DNA of 64,000 bases, from contig CAVSGI010000027.1 in NCBI GenBank assembly GCA_963727445.1, forward strand, positions 128,001-192,000, read 5' to 3'. Numbering within the stretch: position 1 is the stretch's first letter; every line of letters begins with the position of its first letter. Of the stretch, positions 22,385 through 34,920 are shown one piece after another. Under the pieces are notes generated by a model, which was not told the origin of the DNA, ran no database searches, and saw only the letters and a list, made by a program, of their open reading frames with translations. The position numbers and the translations under genes are program-made. The stretch comes from an uncultured delta proteobacterium (lineage in GTDB: Bacteria > Myxococcota_A > Polyangia > Polyangiales > B10-G4).

Positions 22385-25300
22385 CTAGACCTTGATCTGG
22401 ATGCCGAGGGCCTCTCGCAACCTGAAATACTCCTCCGAGACGCTGAACAGGACGATCTCCTTGATCTTCTCCTTCGGCGGCAGGTCGGTGGGGCCTTCGG
22501 GCGGCAGGGACTGGATCATCCGGGCCGAGGTCTCGAGGTCGTTGCAGAGGAGGAAGCCGGCGCGACAGCCGGTGAGCTCGACGGTCTGCATCCAGCGCTT
22601 GATGTCGGTGCTGCCGCCGGCCTCGACGAAACGCTTGCCGATGCTGCGGAGCGCTTCCGTCTGCGCGGGCTGGAGCTTCGCCGTGAGCTGCTGCGCCATC
22701 TGATCGATCTGCGCATCGCCCGGCGCCACACCCGCGATGCGCAGGCCCGCGAGGAGCACCAGGCGGAGCTCCGAGTGGGTGCTCATCAGCGTGCGGATGA
22801 AGTGCTGCGTCCGGTAGTACGCGAGGTGACGCGCGATGACGAAGGTGAGGTCTTGCGGGGTGAAGCCCGACAGGAGCGACGCACCGCACACCGACGCCGG
22901 CGGGTTCGAACCCGGCACGTGCATGAGCCCGCCCTGGGCGTCGGGGCGCAGGAACAGGCGCGGCACGATGCGCAGGTTCATCACCTGCGACACGAAGCCG
23001 AAGGCGCGCGCGAAGGACACGGTCGACGTGGCCGGATCCACTTCGTGCTTCTTCGCGAGGTGCAGCGGCCTTGTCGCTCGACGCCTTGGCTCCGTGAACG
23101 GCCGGCGCCAGCGCCTCCATCATCTTCGAGACGTAGAGGTCCTCGTCGGGGTGGAAGAGATCCTTGAGCCAGCGCTCCTCGTCGAGGCGCGTCTGCGGCC
23201 GGATCATCCCGCCCTGCTTGTACTGCTCGAAGAACTGCTGCTGCTCCTGCGTCCGCCTTCTTGAGGAAGGAGAGCGTCGCCGCCAGGCACCACGCCTTGT
23301 CGTAAGCGCGCGCGTCGAAGTACAGCTTGTAGAGCGCGCGGTACGAATCGACCTTGTACGGGTCCTGCCTGAGCAGCCACTGGTGCTCGCCGATCGCGTC
23401 GTCGAGACGGTTCGGGATCGATCGAGAAGAGCTCCGCGAGGATCTGGTGCTCCATCTGGTTGTCCGGCTGGAGATTGCTCGCCATCCGGAACGCCTCGGC
23501 CGCCGACTCGAACTGCTTCATGCGGTCGCGATAGATGATGCCCAGGGTGTGCCAGAGGCTGAACTCGAGCTCGGTGTTCCCCTTGCCGACGATGCGGTGA
23601 AGCATCTTGCGGTAGGCGCGCTCGAGGTTCTTCCAGTCCTTCTTCTGGGTGAGGATCTTGTTGATCGCCTCGAAGGCCTTCAGCTGCGTGTGGTCGAGAT
23701 CGAGCGCCTCGTTGAACTTGTCGATGGCGCCTTCCGGATCCTTCAGCTCGTCACGAATGATGACGGCGATGGTGTAGGCGTACTTCGACTTGGCCGAGTC
23801 GCGGCTCGTCCAGGTCGCTGATGCGCTGGATGATGCTCGATCGCGTTCTCCCACTGCTTCGTCTCCTGGTAGGCGATGAGCAGCTTGTGGAGGATCTTGT
23901 GGTCATCGGGCTTGATGTCCGAGGCGTCGGAGTAGGCCTGAATCGCCTTCTGCTGGTTGCTTGACCTTCTCCTTCCAGAGGTCACCGATCTCGTCGAGCA
24001 ACTTGAAGCGCTCCTCGTCGTCGACCGCGATCTCGAGAATCAGCTTCTTGAAGTGGATGACCTGCTCCCACTCGTTCTGATTCTCGTAGAGCCCGACCAC
24101 CGCCTCGAGGGTCGGCCGGTGGTACTGGTCCTCCTCGAGCGCCTTGTCGAACATGTTGAGCGCCTTGCGCCGCTCACCCTGCTCGCGCTTGATGACGCCG
24201 AGTCGATAGAAGATGTCGGTGATCTCGTCGCGAGCCGAGCGAGTCCCGGTGGTGGACGAGGAGCATCTGGTAGAACTTGAACGCCTTCTCCCAGTTCGCC
24301 GCGCGGTAGTACGACGCCGCCAGCCCCAACAGTGATGGGCAGGTGCTGCTGTCGAGCTGATAGGCCTTGTTGAAGGCGGCCGATCGCGTCATCGGTCTTG
24401 CTCGAGCTTGGTCGCGACCTCACCGAACATGAACGCCAGGCGGTGCTGCTCGTCCGGCTCGCGCTTGCCGCTGCGCTTCACGAGCATCGTCGAGGAGCGG
24501 GAACGCGTCCTCCCAGCGCTCGTTGCGGTGGTACTCGTCGGCCAGCGGAAGCGCCGCGTCCTCGTTGTCCGCGTCCTGCTGCAGGGCGGCTTCGAAGACC
24601 TCGATGGCGCGCCCGTGCTCGTCGAGACGCTCGTCGTAGATGCGCCCGAGCTCGACCAGGAGTTGGGCCACGATCCGCGGGTTCTGCTGGTACTGCGACT
24701 CCTGCTCCAGGGTCTTCGACGCCGCGAGCCAGTCGCCGGAGTCGATGTGGATCTTCCGAATCGCTTCGAGAGACGGCAGGTGGCCGGGCTCGATGTCGAT
24801 GGCGGACTGATAGTTCTCGATGGCGCCAGCGCGGTCGCCGAGCTCCTCGTCGAGGATCCGGCCCATGCGGAAGCGGAGATCGACGATCTGCGCCGGGTCC
24901 TGCGAGATGGCAGCCGTCTTCTCCATCATCTCGAGAGCCGCGGAGTGATCGCCGCGCTTGTCGTAGAGCCGCGTGAGCGCGTCGAGCGCGTGCACGTCGT
25001 TCTCGTTGAGGTCGATGACGCTCAGGTAGCTGTCGATCGCGCGATCCGGATCGTCCAAGCTCGTGGGCGTAGACCTCACCCATCGCCGCATAGATGCGCG
25101 CCTTCTCGCCGCGGTCCGGCGTGGCCGACACGTGACGCTCGTAGGTCTGGATGAGGTCGTCCCAGCGCTGCAGGCCGCGATAGAGGCGCGCGAGACCGGT
25201 GAGCGCGCCGGTGTGCACCGGATCGATGTCGAGCACCTGCTCGAGTCGCTCGGCCGCCTTGTCGGCCTTGATGAACTCCTCCTCCCAGCATCCCAGCGAG

Positions 25301-28300
25301 GCGAGTGAGGATGTTGATGCGCTCCTTCTCGGTGGTGACGATGTCGAGCTCGCGCTCGAGGACCGCGAGCAGGTCGTGCCACATCTCCTTGCTGCGCGTA
25401 GAGCCGCTCGAGGCCCTTGAGGCCCTCGATGTTCATCTCGTCGGCCGCGAGCACCTCGCGATAGGCCTCGATGGCGCGGTCGGCGTCCTGCAGGCGCACC
25501 TCGTAGCACTCGGCGACCTGGAGCTTGGCCCGCTGTACCTTGTTCGGGTCCTCGAGGCGCCGCGGCCTTGCGCTTGAGGATCTCCAGCATGTTCTGCCAG
25601 CGACCTTCGTTCTTGTAGATGCGCTCGAGGGCTTCGAGCGCCGGCACGTGCTGGTCGTATTCGTCGAGCGCCTTCTGATAGTAGCTCGGCGCCTGATCGG
25701 GCACCCCGAGCTGCTCGTCGCAGAGGTCGCCCATCTGGACGTAGGTGTCGGCCTTGACCTTGCCGTCGTTGGTCATGTTGACCAACTGGCCCGAGGGTCT
25801 GCGCGAGCAGCTGCCACTGCTGGGTCGTGCCGGTACAGGTCGGAGAGCTGCTGCATCGACTGCGACGTTGGCCGGGTCGAGCTGCAGGATCTGCTGGTAG
25901 TACGGGATCGCGTACTCGGGGTGACCGAGCTCCTGGCCGTACCACTTCGCGCAGTGCAGGCAGATGGCGATCTTGTCGTCTCCGCGCGTCCTCGACCTCC
26001 TGCAGCGACTCGTTCGCGAAGGTCAGAGGTCGTTCCACATCGTTGGTCGCGCCGTGACGCGCTCGAGCTCGCCGCTGGTCTCGCGGTTGGCGAAGTCCTC
26101 GGACCACGCCAGCTTGAGGGCCTCGTACGCCTGCTCGTGATCCTCGAGCTGCTTCTCGTAGACGTTCGCGATCTTGCGGAGCAGCTCGACGCGCAGCTCC
26201 GTCGTCCTCGCTGACCTCGACGCGGCCGAGGTACATCTCGATGAGGTCCTCCCAGCGCATCGCCTCGCGATGCAGCTCCTCGAGCTTCGAAAATGCGTAG
26301 CTCGTGGGTCGGCTCGATCTCGAGGATGCGCTGGTAGGCGCTGGTGCCGCGAGTCGGGGTCGCCGACCTCCTCCGCCCACATCCGGGCGACGCTGAGGAG
26401 CTGTGCGATCTGCTGCTCCGGGTCCTGCAGCACCTGAACACGGCGCTCCATGACGTTGATGCAGTCCTCCCACATCGCCTCGGTGCGGTGGATGTGCTCG
26501 AGAGCATCCAGCGCGTCGAAGTTCGCGCGGGTTGACGTCGAGGGCGCGGTTGTAGCTGTCCACCGCGTCCATCGGCTGCTGCAGCTCGGTCGAGTACAGG
26601 AAGCCGAGCTGCATGTAGACGTTCTCGATGGTCGCGTCGTCCAGCGTCGCCGCGCCGACCTCGATCACCCGGTTGAGCGTGTCGACCAGCTCGTGCGGCT
26701 GGTTGGCCGCGCGATGGATCTCCGCGATGGAGAAGAGCGCCGTCGTGTTGGTGGGATCGATGTCGAGGACTCGCTCCCAGCTGTCGAGGGCGTTGCGGTC
26801 CCGCTCGAGCTTGTCGTACCAGATGCGGCCGAGGTCGGCGTACACCTGGACACGGAAGTAGTCGTCGTCCGCGATCGACACCTCGCGCTCGAGGATGTCC
26901 ACCAGGTCGCGCCAGTTCTCCTGTGAGGCGTAGATGTCACCGAGGGCGTTGAGCGCCTCCGGGTCCTCGCCGCGCAGGTCGAGCACACGCCGCCACAGAT
27001 CGATCGCCCGCTCGTCGTCGCCGAGCTTTTCGTGAGCGATCATCGCCATTTGCGCGAGGATGTCGGACTGCGCGGAGTCGCCCAGGACGACGTCGAGCTC
27101 CTTCTCGAAGGTGGAGAAGAGGTTCGGCCAGTCCTCGCGATGGGTGTAGATGCGCTGCAGCGCCTGGATCGACTCGTGATGCTCCTTCTCGAGGTCGTTC
27201 AGGATGTGGTCGTAGACCTGAATCGCTTCCTCGGTGCGCCCGAGGTCGATCTCGAGGAGCTGACCCAGCCGATAGTTGAACTGGATCTCGTCGTCCGGAA
27301 CTTCGGCGGCGGCGATACGCTTCTTCAGCGTGTGCGCCAGCGCTTCGTGCGCGTCGTTGGTGTTGTAGATGTCGTCGAGCTGGGAGAGCGTGTCCTCGTC
27401 CCGGTCGTTGATCCCGAGGATGAAGCGATATGTCTCCTCGGCGCGGGTCACGTCGCCGAGCTCCTCCATGAAGACGCGGGCCAGACGCTTGCCGATGTAG
27501 ACCCGGGTCTCGCTCTCCGCCCCGTTTTCGAGGACGTCGGCGTAGGTGTTGGCGAGCTGCGACCAGCCGTCGAGGATGGAAGCCAGGCGCTCGACCTCGA
27601 CCTGGGTGTGGTCGTTGGCCGGCTCCTCGAGGAGCGCGCGCTGCATCCAGCCGAAGGCACGGACGTGATCGTTCGCGCGCTCCTCGGCGATCTCGCTGAT
27701 CCGCTGCATCATCGAGACACGCTCGATCGGATCGGGCTGATAGTTGAGCTGCAGCTCGTGGACGTTGAGGAGCTTGCCCCAGTCCTCACCCATCCGATAA
27801 AGCGGCTCGAGGATCTCCCCGATCACCAGCGGCCGAACGCCGTCAGCGAAGAGGAGCTCGAGGCTCGACAGCGCGGGACCGTGCTCCGGCGCAGCCGCCA
27901 GGATCTCCCGGTACTGCTCGATGGCGTGGTCCACGTCGCCGAGCTGAGTCTGATAGATCTGACCCAGGCGGAACTGGAAGTTGAGGATGTCGTCGGGGCT
28001 CGCGGCGATCGCGATCTCCTTCGACAGGATGTCGGCGAGCTCCGACCAGCGATCGGTCGCCTCGTAGAGCGGTCGAGAGCCTCGATGGCCTGGATGTGGG
28101 TGTCGTCGGCCTCGACCACGATCCTGTAGCGGCCGATGGCGTTGTCGACGTCGCCGACCTGGACCTCGTAGATCATGCGCGGTGCGGAGCGCCATGTCGA
28201 CCAGGCGGTCCGGGTACGCCTCGCGGAGCTTCTCGATCTCCGGTCGTAGAGCGCGGTGACCGCGGGCCACTGGCCGAGGTTTTCGGCGAGTCGCTCGAGG

Positions 28301-31300
28301 CTGGTCAGCGTCTCCTCGTTCTCGTTGTCGAGGGGCAGCGCCCGGGCGTACGCGTCGAACGCCTCGGTCCCCTGCTCGAGCTGGAACTCGTAGAGCTGCG
28401 CCACCTGATGGAGGAGCTCGACCTGACGGATCGGATCCTCGTCGTGCTGCGATCTGCACCTCGTGGACCGCGATCAGCTTGGCCCACTCGCCGCAGCTGG
28501 CGATACACGGGCTCGAGGACCCCGGCCGCGGCCGATGGGCTCGAGACCCGCCGAGACCATCGACTCGAGCGCTTGAAGCGTCGGCTCGTGCTCCGGGACG
28601 ACCTCGAGGATGTCGCGATAGATGTCCACGGCGCGCACCGCGTCGTCGAGACGGTGGTGCCACAGATCGGCGATGCGGTAGCGGTAGCTGATGACCTCGT
28701 TCGGATCGTGCGCGAGATCCGCCTCGCGCTCGAGGACGCTGAGCAGCTCCTGCCAGTTCTCGGACGCCTGGTAGAGGGCGTCGAGGCGACCGAGCGCCGT
28801 CATGTCGTCCGGGTCGATCTCGAGGATGCGCTGGTAGGTGTCGATCGCCTTTTCGACGTCCTCTACCTCGCGCTCGTAGACCGCACCCATCTCGACGTAG
28901 ATGCGCTTCTTCTCGTCGGGATCGATGACGATGTCGGCCTTGCGCGCGTAGACGCCGAGCAGCTCCTCCCACTTCTCCAGACGGAGGTAGAGCTCGACGA
29001 GCTTGGCCAGGGCCCGCATGTCCTCGGGGTCGACCTCGAGGATCTGGTCGTAGACCTGCGATCGCGTCGGTCGGGCGCTCGAGGAGATCCTCGTAGATGC
29101 TGGCGGCGCGGAAGAGATACTCCTTCTGCTCCTCTGGCGAGGTCGAGCATCTGCGCCTTGCGGATGCAGATCTGCGCGAGATCCTCGTAACGCTCGGAGA
29201 GCTGATAGAGGCGCTCGAGGGCGGAGGCCGCGTCGATGTGGAGCTCGTCGAGCTCGAGGACGCGCTGGTAATGACCGATCGCGCCTTCGTGATCGCCGAG
29301 CTGCTCCTCGCGGACCATGGCGGCCTTCACGTGGAGCTGAGCCGCGAGGATCGGATCCTCGACGCTGCCGACCTGCTGCTCGTAGACCTGCGCCAGCGGC
29401 TCGTAGGTCGCGCCCACCGAAGCGATGCGCGCGAGGTTGTCCTGCGTCGACTCGTTCGCCGGATCCTCGGCGAGGGCGCGCGCGTAGGTGTTGAAGGCGC
29501 TGCTCGAGATCATCGAGCGCGAGCTCGTAGAGCTCGGCGATGCGGTGCAGCAGCTCGACCCGGCGATCCGGCGAGCTCGCGTGGTGCGCCTGGATCTCGT
29601 GAACCGAGATGAGCTTCTGGTACTGGCTCGAATCGCGATAGATCGGCTCGAGGATCTCCGCGATGAGCTGCTGATGCGCTTCGGCCTGGATCAGGCGCTC
29701 GAGCGCACCGATGGCCTGCTCGTTCTGCGGGTCGCGGTCGAGGACCTCGCGGTATCCCTCGATGGCCGATTCGACGGCGTCCATCCGCGTCTCGCGGAGC
29801 TCGGCCAGACGGAGCATCAGGGTGATCTGCTGCTCCGGATCGTCGGTGAGCGTGAGCTGCCGGTCGACGTTGTCCGCGAGGTCGGTCCACATCTCCTGCC
29901 GCGCGAAGAGGCTGTCGAGCGCGGAGAGCGCACGCTGGCTCGCCGGATCGATCTCGAGGATCTCCTTGTTGATGGAGATCGCCGACTCGGGCTCGTCGAG
30001 CATCTCGTCGTAGATGAAAGCGATCTGCGCGAAGAGCAGCTCCTGCTCCTCCGGCGTCTCGGCGAGCTCGCCGCGCCGGCGCAGCACCTCGAGGAGGTCA
30101 CGCCAGCGCTCGGTGCGCCGATAGAGCTCCTCGAGTGACTCGAGGACCTGCGAGGTCGCGCGTTGATCCTTCTCGAGGATCTTGCGTGTACGCGCCGACG
30201 GCGCCGTCCACGTTCTCGAGCTGGGTGTCGTAGATCTGCGCCGCCTTCAGCCAGAGGCTTCGGGCGAGGATCGGGTCGTGCCTGCTCGGCGGCGAGGTCG
30301 TCGAGGAGCTGAACCAGATCGCGGGAACTTCTCCTGCTCGACGGCGAGCACCTCGAGGCGCGCCAGCGTGTCCTCGCTGTCGGGCGAGTCGCGGAAGGAG
30401 CTTGCAGAAGGCGTCGAAGCGCCGCCTCGGCGTCGCCCACGCGCTCGCTGTAGACCGCGCCGACCTTGTTCGAGAGCTCGAGCTTGCGCTCGGGATCGTC
30501 GGTGCGATCGTGAAGGACCGTCGAGGGCGCGGATGAGGGCCGTCCAGTCCCTGGCGATCCTCGTAGATCGGCTCGAGGATCGTCGGCCGCCGAGCGCGCC
30601 GACGTCCTCGTCCTGCATCAGGCGTCTCGAGGGCGCGCGGGCGCCGTCGTGCTCCGGGAAGAGATGAGGACCTCGCGGTAGAGGTCGACCGCCTGCGATC
30701 TTGTCCTCGAGGTGCTGCTCGAGCGCGCGCGCCAAGCGGAACTTGAGCGCGGCGAGCTCCTCGTGTGCCTCGGGGCCGAGGTCGATGCGACGCTCGAAGG
30801 GTCTCGGCGAAGTCCTGCCAGCGGCCCTGCTGCTCGTAGAGGCGGTCGAGGGCGGCGTAGGCGTCCGCCTCGTCGTCGCCCCACTCCGCGAGGATCGCGC
30901 TGGTAGGCGTCGATGGCGCTCGGTCGGGATCGCGCGAGCTCGTTCTCCCAGAGCGACGCCCGGCCGTAGGCGAGCTGGCGGCGCGTCTCGGGGTCGGTCC
31001 TCGAGCTCCATGCGGCGCTCGTAGATCTCGAGCAGCTCGCGGTACTTCTCGGTCTCGACGGTAGAGCTCGCCGAGCGCCGCGATCGCCCCATGGTGATCG
31101 CGGCTGCGCTTCGTAGACGGCGCGGATACTGCTCGATCGCGTCTTCGATCTGCTCGACTGCGGTCAGCGGCGGCCCGAGGCTCATGCCGGAGCTCGATCT
31201 GCACGTCCTCGTCGGTCGCCGCCTCGATCGCCTCGCGGTACGCCTGGATCACGCGGTCCCAGCCGCTCGTCGACGCTCGGCGCGAGACGCTCGACGTCCT

Positions 31301-33797
31301 CGCGCACGATCTCCTGCGTCGGGTCCACCTCGAACGCCGCGAGGAAGCGCTCGAAGGCGGTCGTCGGGCTTGCGAAGCTTCTCTTCGTAGAGGAGGCCGG
31401 TCTCGCGGAGGAGCTGGATCTCGCTCGCGCGGATCCTGCGTGTGCTCGAGCCGAACCTCGTAGACCGCGACCAGCTTCTTGGCGTCGTCGGCCTCCTCGT
31501 AGATCGGCGAGAGCGCTTCGGCGGCCTCAGGTTCGTGCGGGTCGGTGTCGAGGATCTTCTCGTAGGCGCGCGCGGCGCGCTCCGGCCGGTCCTTCTTGTC
31601 TCCCACGAGACGCGCGGCACGGAAGAGCAGCGCGATCTGCTCCTCGGTCTCGGTCGGTCCTTGCCCTCGGCCTCGCGCTCGAGGGTGCGGATCAGCTCGT
31701 CCCACTTCTCGGTGGCCGCGTAGAAATCCTCGAGCTCGTCCCAGGCCTTGAGGGAGACGTAGCGGCGCTTGAGCTGCTCCTGAGCGCGCCGGTCGTTGGG
31801 GTCGATGGTCGAGCAGGCGCTGGAAGGCGCGCACCGCGCCGGCGTCGTCGCCGACCTTGTCGGCGTAGATCATCCCGAGCTTCTGGAGCGGCTTGCTTGA
31901 GCTCCTTTTCGTCGTCATCTGGTCGACGTGCTTCTCGAGCACCTTCGCCAGCGGCTCCCAGTCGCGCGCGCGCTCGTAGAGCTGCGCGAGCGACTCGATG
32001 GCGCTCCGGGTTCTCCGGATCCTGCCTCGAGCACCATCTGCCAGAGGTCGATGCAGATCTCGGGCTTGCGCAGGCGCTGCGGTCGCCAGCTGCGCCATCT
32101 CCACGTAGCGCAAGCGGCCGATCGTCCTCGTCGAGGAGCGTCGGTCTCCGCGCTGTCATCACGTTGATGAGGCTCTCCCAATCGCGCCGCTTCTCGTACA
32201 TCTCCTTGAGGCGGGTCGATCGCCTCGATGTTGCGCGGGTCGTGCTCCATCACCGACTTCGAAGCACTTGATCGCCTCGGCCTGGTTGGAGGAGCGGTCG
32301 ATGTACATGCGTGCCGGCCTCGGTGTAGAGCTCCACCTTCTGCGCCGGGTCGACGACGATCTCCGCCTTCTTGACGAGGGTGCGGATGTAGTCGGACCAA
32401 CGCTTTTTGCCCTCGTACTCTTCGAGCTTCGCGTCGAGCTCGGCGATCTCCGCCTGCTCTTCGTCGGTGAGATCGCGGCTCGGGCCGATGTCGATGGGCG
32501 CGGGCGGCGCGTCCTCCATCACCGCGGCCGAGGGCTCCGGCTCTTCTTCGACGACCTCGAGCTGCGGCTCGTCGCTCTCTTCTTCCACGACCTCGAGCTG
32601 CGGCTCGTCGCTCTCTTCTTCGACGACCTCGAGCTGCGGCTCGTCGCTCTCTTCTTCCACGACCTCGAGCTGCGGCTCGTCCTCCGCCCCGCCCTCGAGC
32701 TCCGAAAGGAACTGCTCGACGCCGGGATGCTCGGGTGCCTTCTGCTTGAGCAGCATCGCGTAGCGCGACGCCCGCTGTACGTCGGAGAGCTTGCGCCAGG
32801 CGAGCTCCGTCGCCTCCGCGAGGAGCCAGAGCTCCGCCGCCTCGGCCACGCCGTTGGCCAGCTCGAGCGCCGTGTCCAGCCGATTCAGCGCTTCCTCGGC
32901 GTCGTCGAGCTGCTCCCAGTACACGCCGAGCGCGACGTGAGGCGCGACGGTCGAGGGATCCGACTCGGCCGCGACCTGAAGGAGCGACGCCGCGACGTCG
33001 GAATCCTGGAAGCGGTTGAGCCAGCGCGCGGCGGCGTCAGTCGCCCAACGCCCGCGCTCACGCGCATCCTCGATCGTGTCGAGGAAGCGATGATGAAAAT
33101 CCTTGAGGCCTTCGAAGTCGCCCTGCGAGGCGAACCACGAATCCATCATGGCATTGGCCTCGACGGCCGTCGGCACCGCGCGGAGCGCGGCCTCGAGGAA
33201 CGCGCGCTGGCCCGCATCGCCGAGACGCTTGGCGATGCGCGCCGCGCGTACGAGCTGGCTCATCGCGGCGAAGCCAGTGCCGCTCGCGCCTTCCTGCGCG
33301 AGCAGCATCATGCGCTCCTGCGCATCGCTCTCGCTCGAGTCGATGTCGTCCATCGAGCCCTGCGCCGCAGCGTTGCCGGGCTGCAGATTCAGCGCGTTCG
33401 CATAGGACGCCTTGGCGCGGTCGTACTCGCCGAGCTCTTGCATGACGTCGCCGAGCTCGTTGAGCATGTCCGCGGCCAGGACGGCCTCGTCGGTGACCCC
33501 GAGCTCGCGCTCGAGAGACCCCGCCACCTGCTGCAGCATGCCGAGAGAGCGGTGGATGAAACGAGCCCGCCTGAGCGCGTCGGTGCGGGTCGGATCGAGA
33601 TCGACCGCCTGGGTGAAGAGGTTCGCCGCTTCGACCTTGCGCAGGAAGGTGTCTTCCAGGAGCTCCGCGTGGGCCACCAGGGCCTCCACGCGCTCCTGAT
33701 CCGACTCCGCCCCGCTCACCGCCTGGGTGAGGAGCTCATCAACCGCTCGGAAGCTCCCGAGCTTCTTCAGCTCGTCCAAACGCTGTCGCCAATCCAT
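22385..33797 (-). CDS. agmK: Giant TPR-repeat protein, AgmK/GltI-like (about 3800 aa if the many frameshifts are corrected)
   Basis: Continuous TPR-type helices (e.g. AIDTYQRILEIDPDD..ALGRLDALY) read through successive frames over 11.4 kb. C-terminus ELTGCRAGFLLCNDLE..FSVSEEYFRLR. Lies downstream of gltG in the same orientation. Confidence 0.75.
32541..32684 (-). repeat. 4 x 36-bp in-frame tandem repeat encoding DEPQLEVVEEES
   Basis: Unit ctcttctt(c/g)..acgacctcgagctgcggctcgtcgct read directly; copies alternate TTCGACG and TTCCACG. Confidence 0.95.
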
Positions 33798-33888
33798 AGG
33801 TTGCGTCCCGCTCTCTTGGTTCTGTTTGCCCGCGTGGTGAAACTTCGTGTGCCGGGATCGGCGCGCCTGAGCGGCGCGCTCCCGCGTT

Positions 33889-34758
33889 TCAGTTCTCGCT
33901 CAGCTCGCCCAGACGATCCTGCGCGGCCTTCAGGTAGTGAGGCGGCGCATCCTGCCCGGCGACGTCGACGAACTTCTTGAGGTAGCGGCGCGCCTCTTCG
34001 CGCTCGTTCTGGAGCGAGTAGGTCCAGCCGAGGGAGAAGAGTGCGTCACGATTGCCTGGCTCGATCTCGAGCGCCGCACGGAACTCGTTGACCGCACCGT
34101 CGAAGTTGCGCTGCTGCTGATAGACCGTGCCGAGGAGGTGATGCACCGATGCCTCCTCGAGGGAGCCCGGCTGCGCCACCTGCAAGGCGCTCTGGAGCAC
34201 GGTCACCGCCTCGTCGAGATAGCCCAGGTCGGCGTAGAGCCGGCCGAGCTGCGAGTAGGCCTCGAGGAAGCGGGGCCCGTGCTCGATGGCGTTGGTGTAC
34301 TGCGTCAGGGCGTTCTGCTGGTCGTCCAGCCGCTCGTAGCACTGCGCGAGCTTGTAGTACGCCTTGAAGAGGTTCTCGTCCGCGGCGATGGCTGCTTCGA
34401 AGGCGGTCTTGGCCTCCTCCCACTGCTCCAGCTCCATCAGGACGGTGCCGAGCTTCTCGTGGTAGCCCGCCACCTCTCCATTGATGGTGATGGCGCGCTG
34501 GAGGTCGTCCTTCGCACGCTCCATCGCGTCCATCTCCATGTGGACCATGGCCAGGTTGTAATACGCCTGGTCGTTGGTCCCATCGATGGCGGTGGCACGC
34601 TCGAACTCTTCGACGGCTTTGATGTACTGTTTCTGCTGCGCGTACTGAACGCCGTCGTTCATGTGGTTCATGGACTCGACGCGGGCGCGCGAGCAGTCCC
34701 CTCCCACGCAGAAGAGGAACACGAGCACCCCGGCGAGGAGTGCATGGAGTCGCTTCAT
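33889..34758 (-). CDS. Exported TPR-repeat protein (possible lipoprotein)
   Basis: MKRLHALLAGVLVFLFCVGGDC signal followed by about seven canonical TPRs. Confidence 0.85.
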   Translation of the reverse strand: MKRLHALLAGVLVFLFCVGGDCSRARVESMNHMNDGVQYAQQKQYIKAVEEFERATAIDGTNDQAYYNLAMVHMEMDAMERAKDDLQRAITINGEVAGYHEKLGTVLMELEQWEEAKTAFEAAIAADENLFKAYYKLAQCYERLDDQQNALTQYTNAIEHGPRFLEAYSQLGRLYADLGYLDEAVTVLQSALQVAQPGSLEEASVHHLLGTVYQQQRNFDGAVNEFRAALEIEPGNRDALFSLGWTYSLQNEREEARRYLKKFVDVAGQDAPPHYLKAAQDRLGELSEN

Positions 34759-34920
34759 CAGGCTCTCCCTAACTCGTTGGTACTGCTCAATTTCGAGCCC
34801 GGATAGTACCGAGGTTCGCCACGGTTCGTAAACCGTGAACTTTTCGGGATTGCGGGAGGTTTCACCCGTGCCCGCGCCCGTGCCCATGCCCGTGCCGGCC
34901 CCCTGCCCGACCCGAGAAAA

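Noticed and set aside
32541..32684. 36-bp repeats as CRISPR direct repeats
   Set aside because: Head-to-tail with no spacers and in frame within a CDS.
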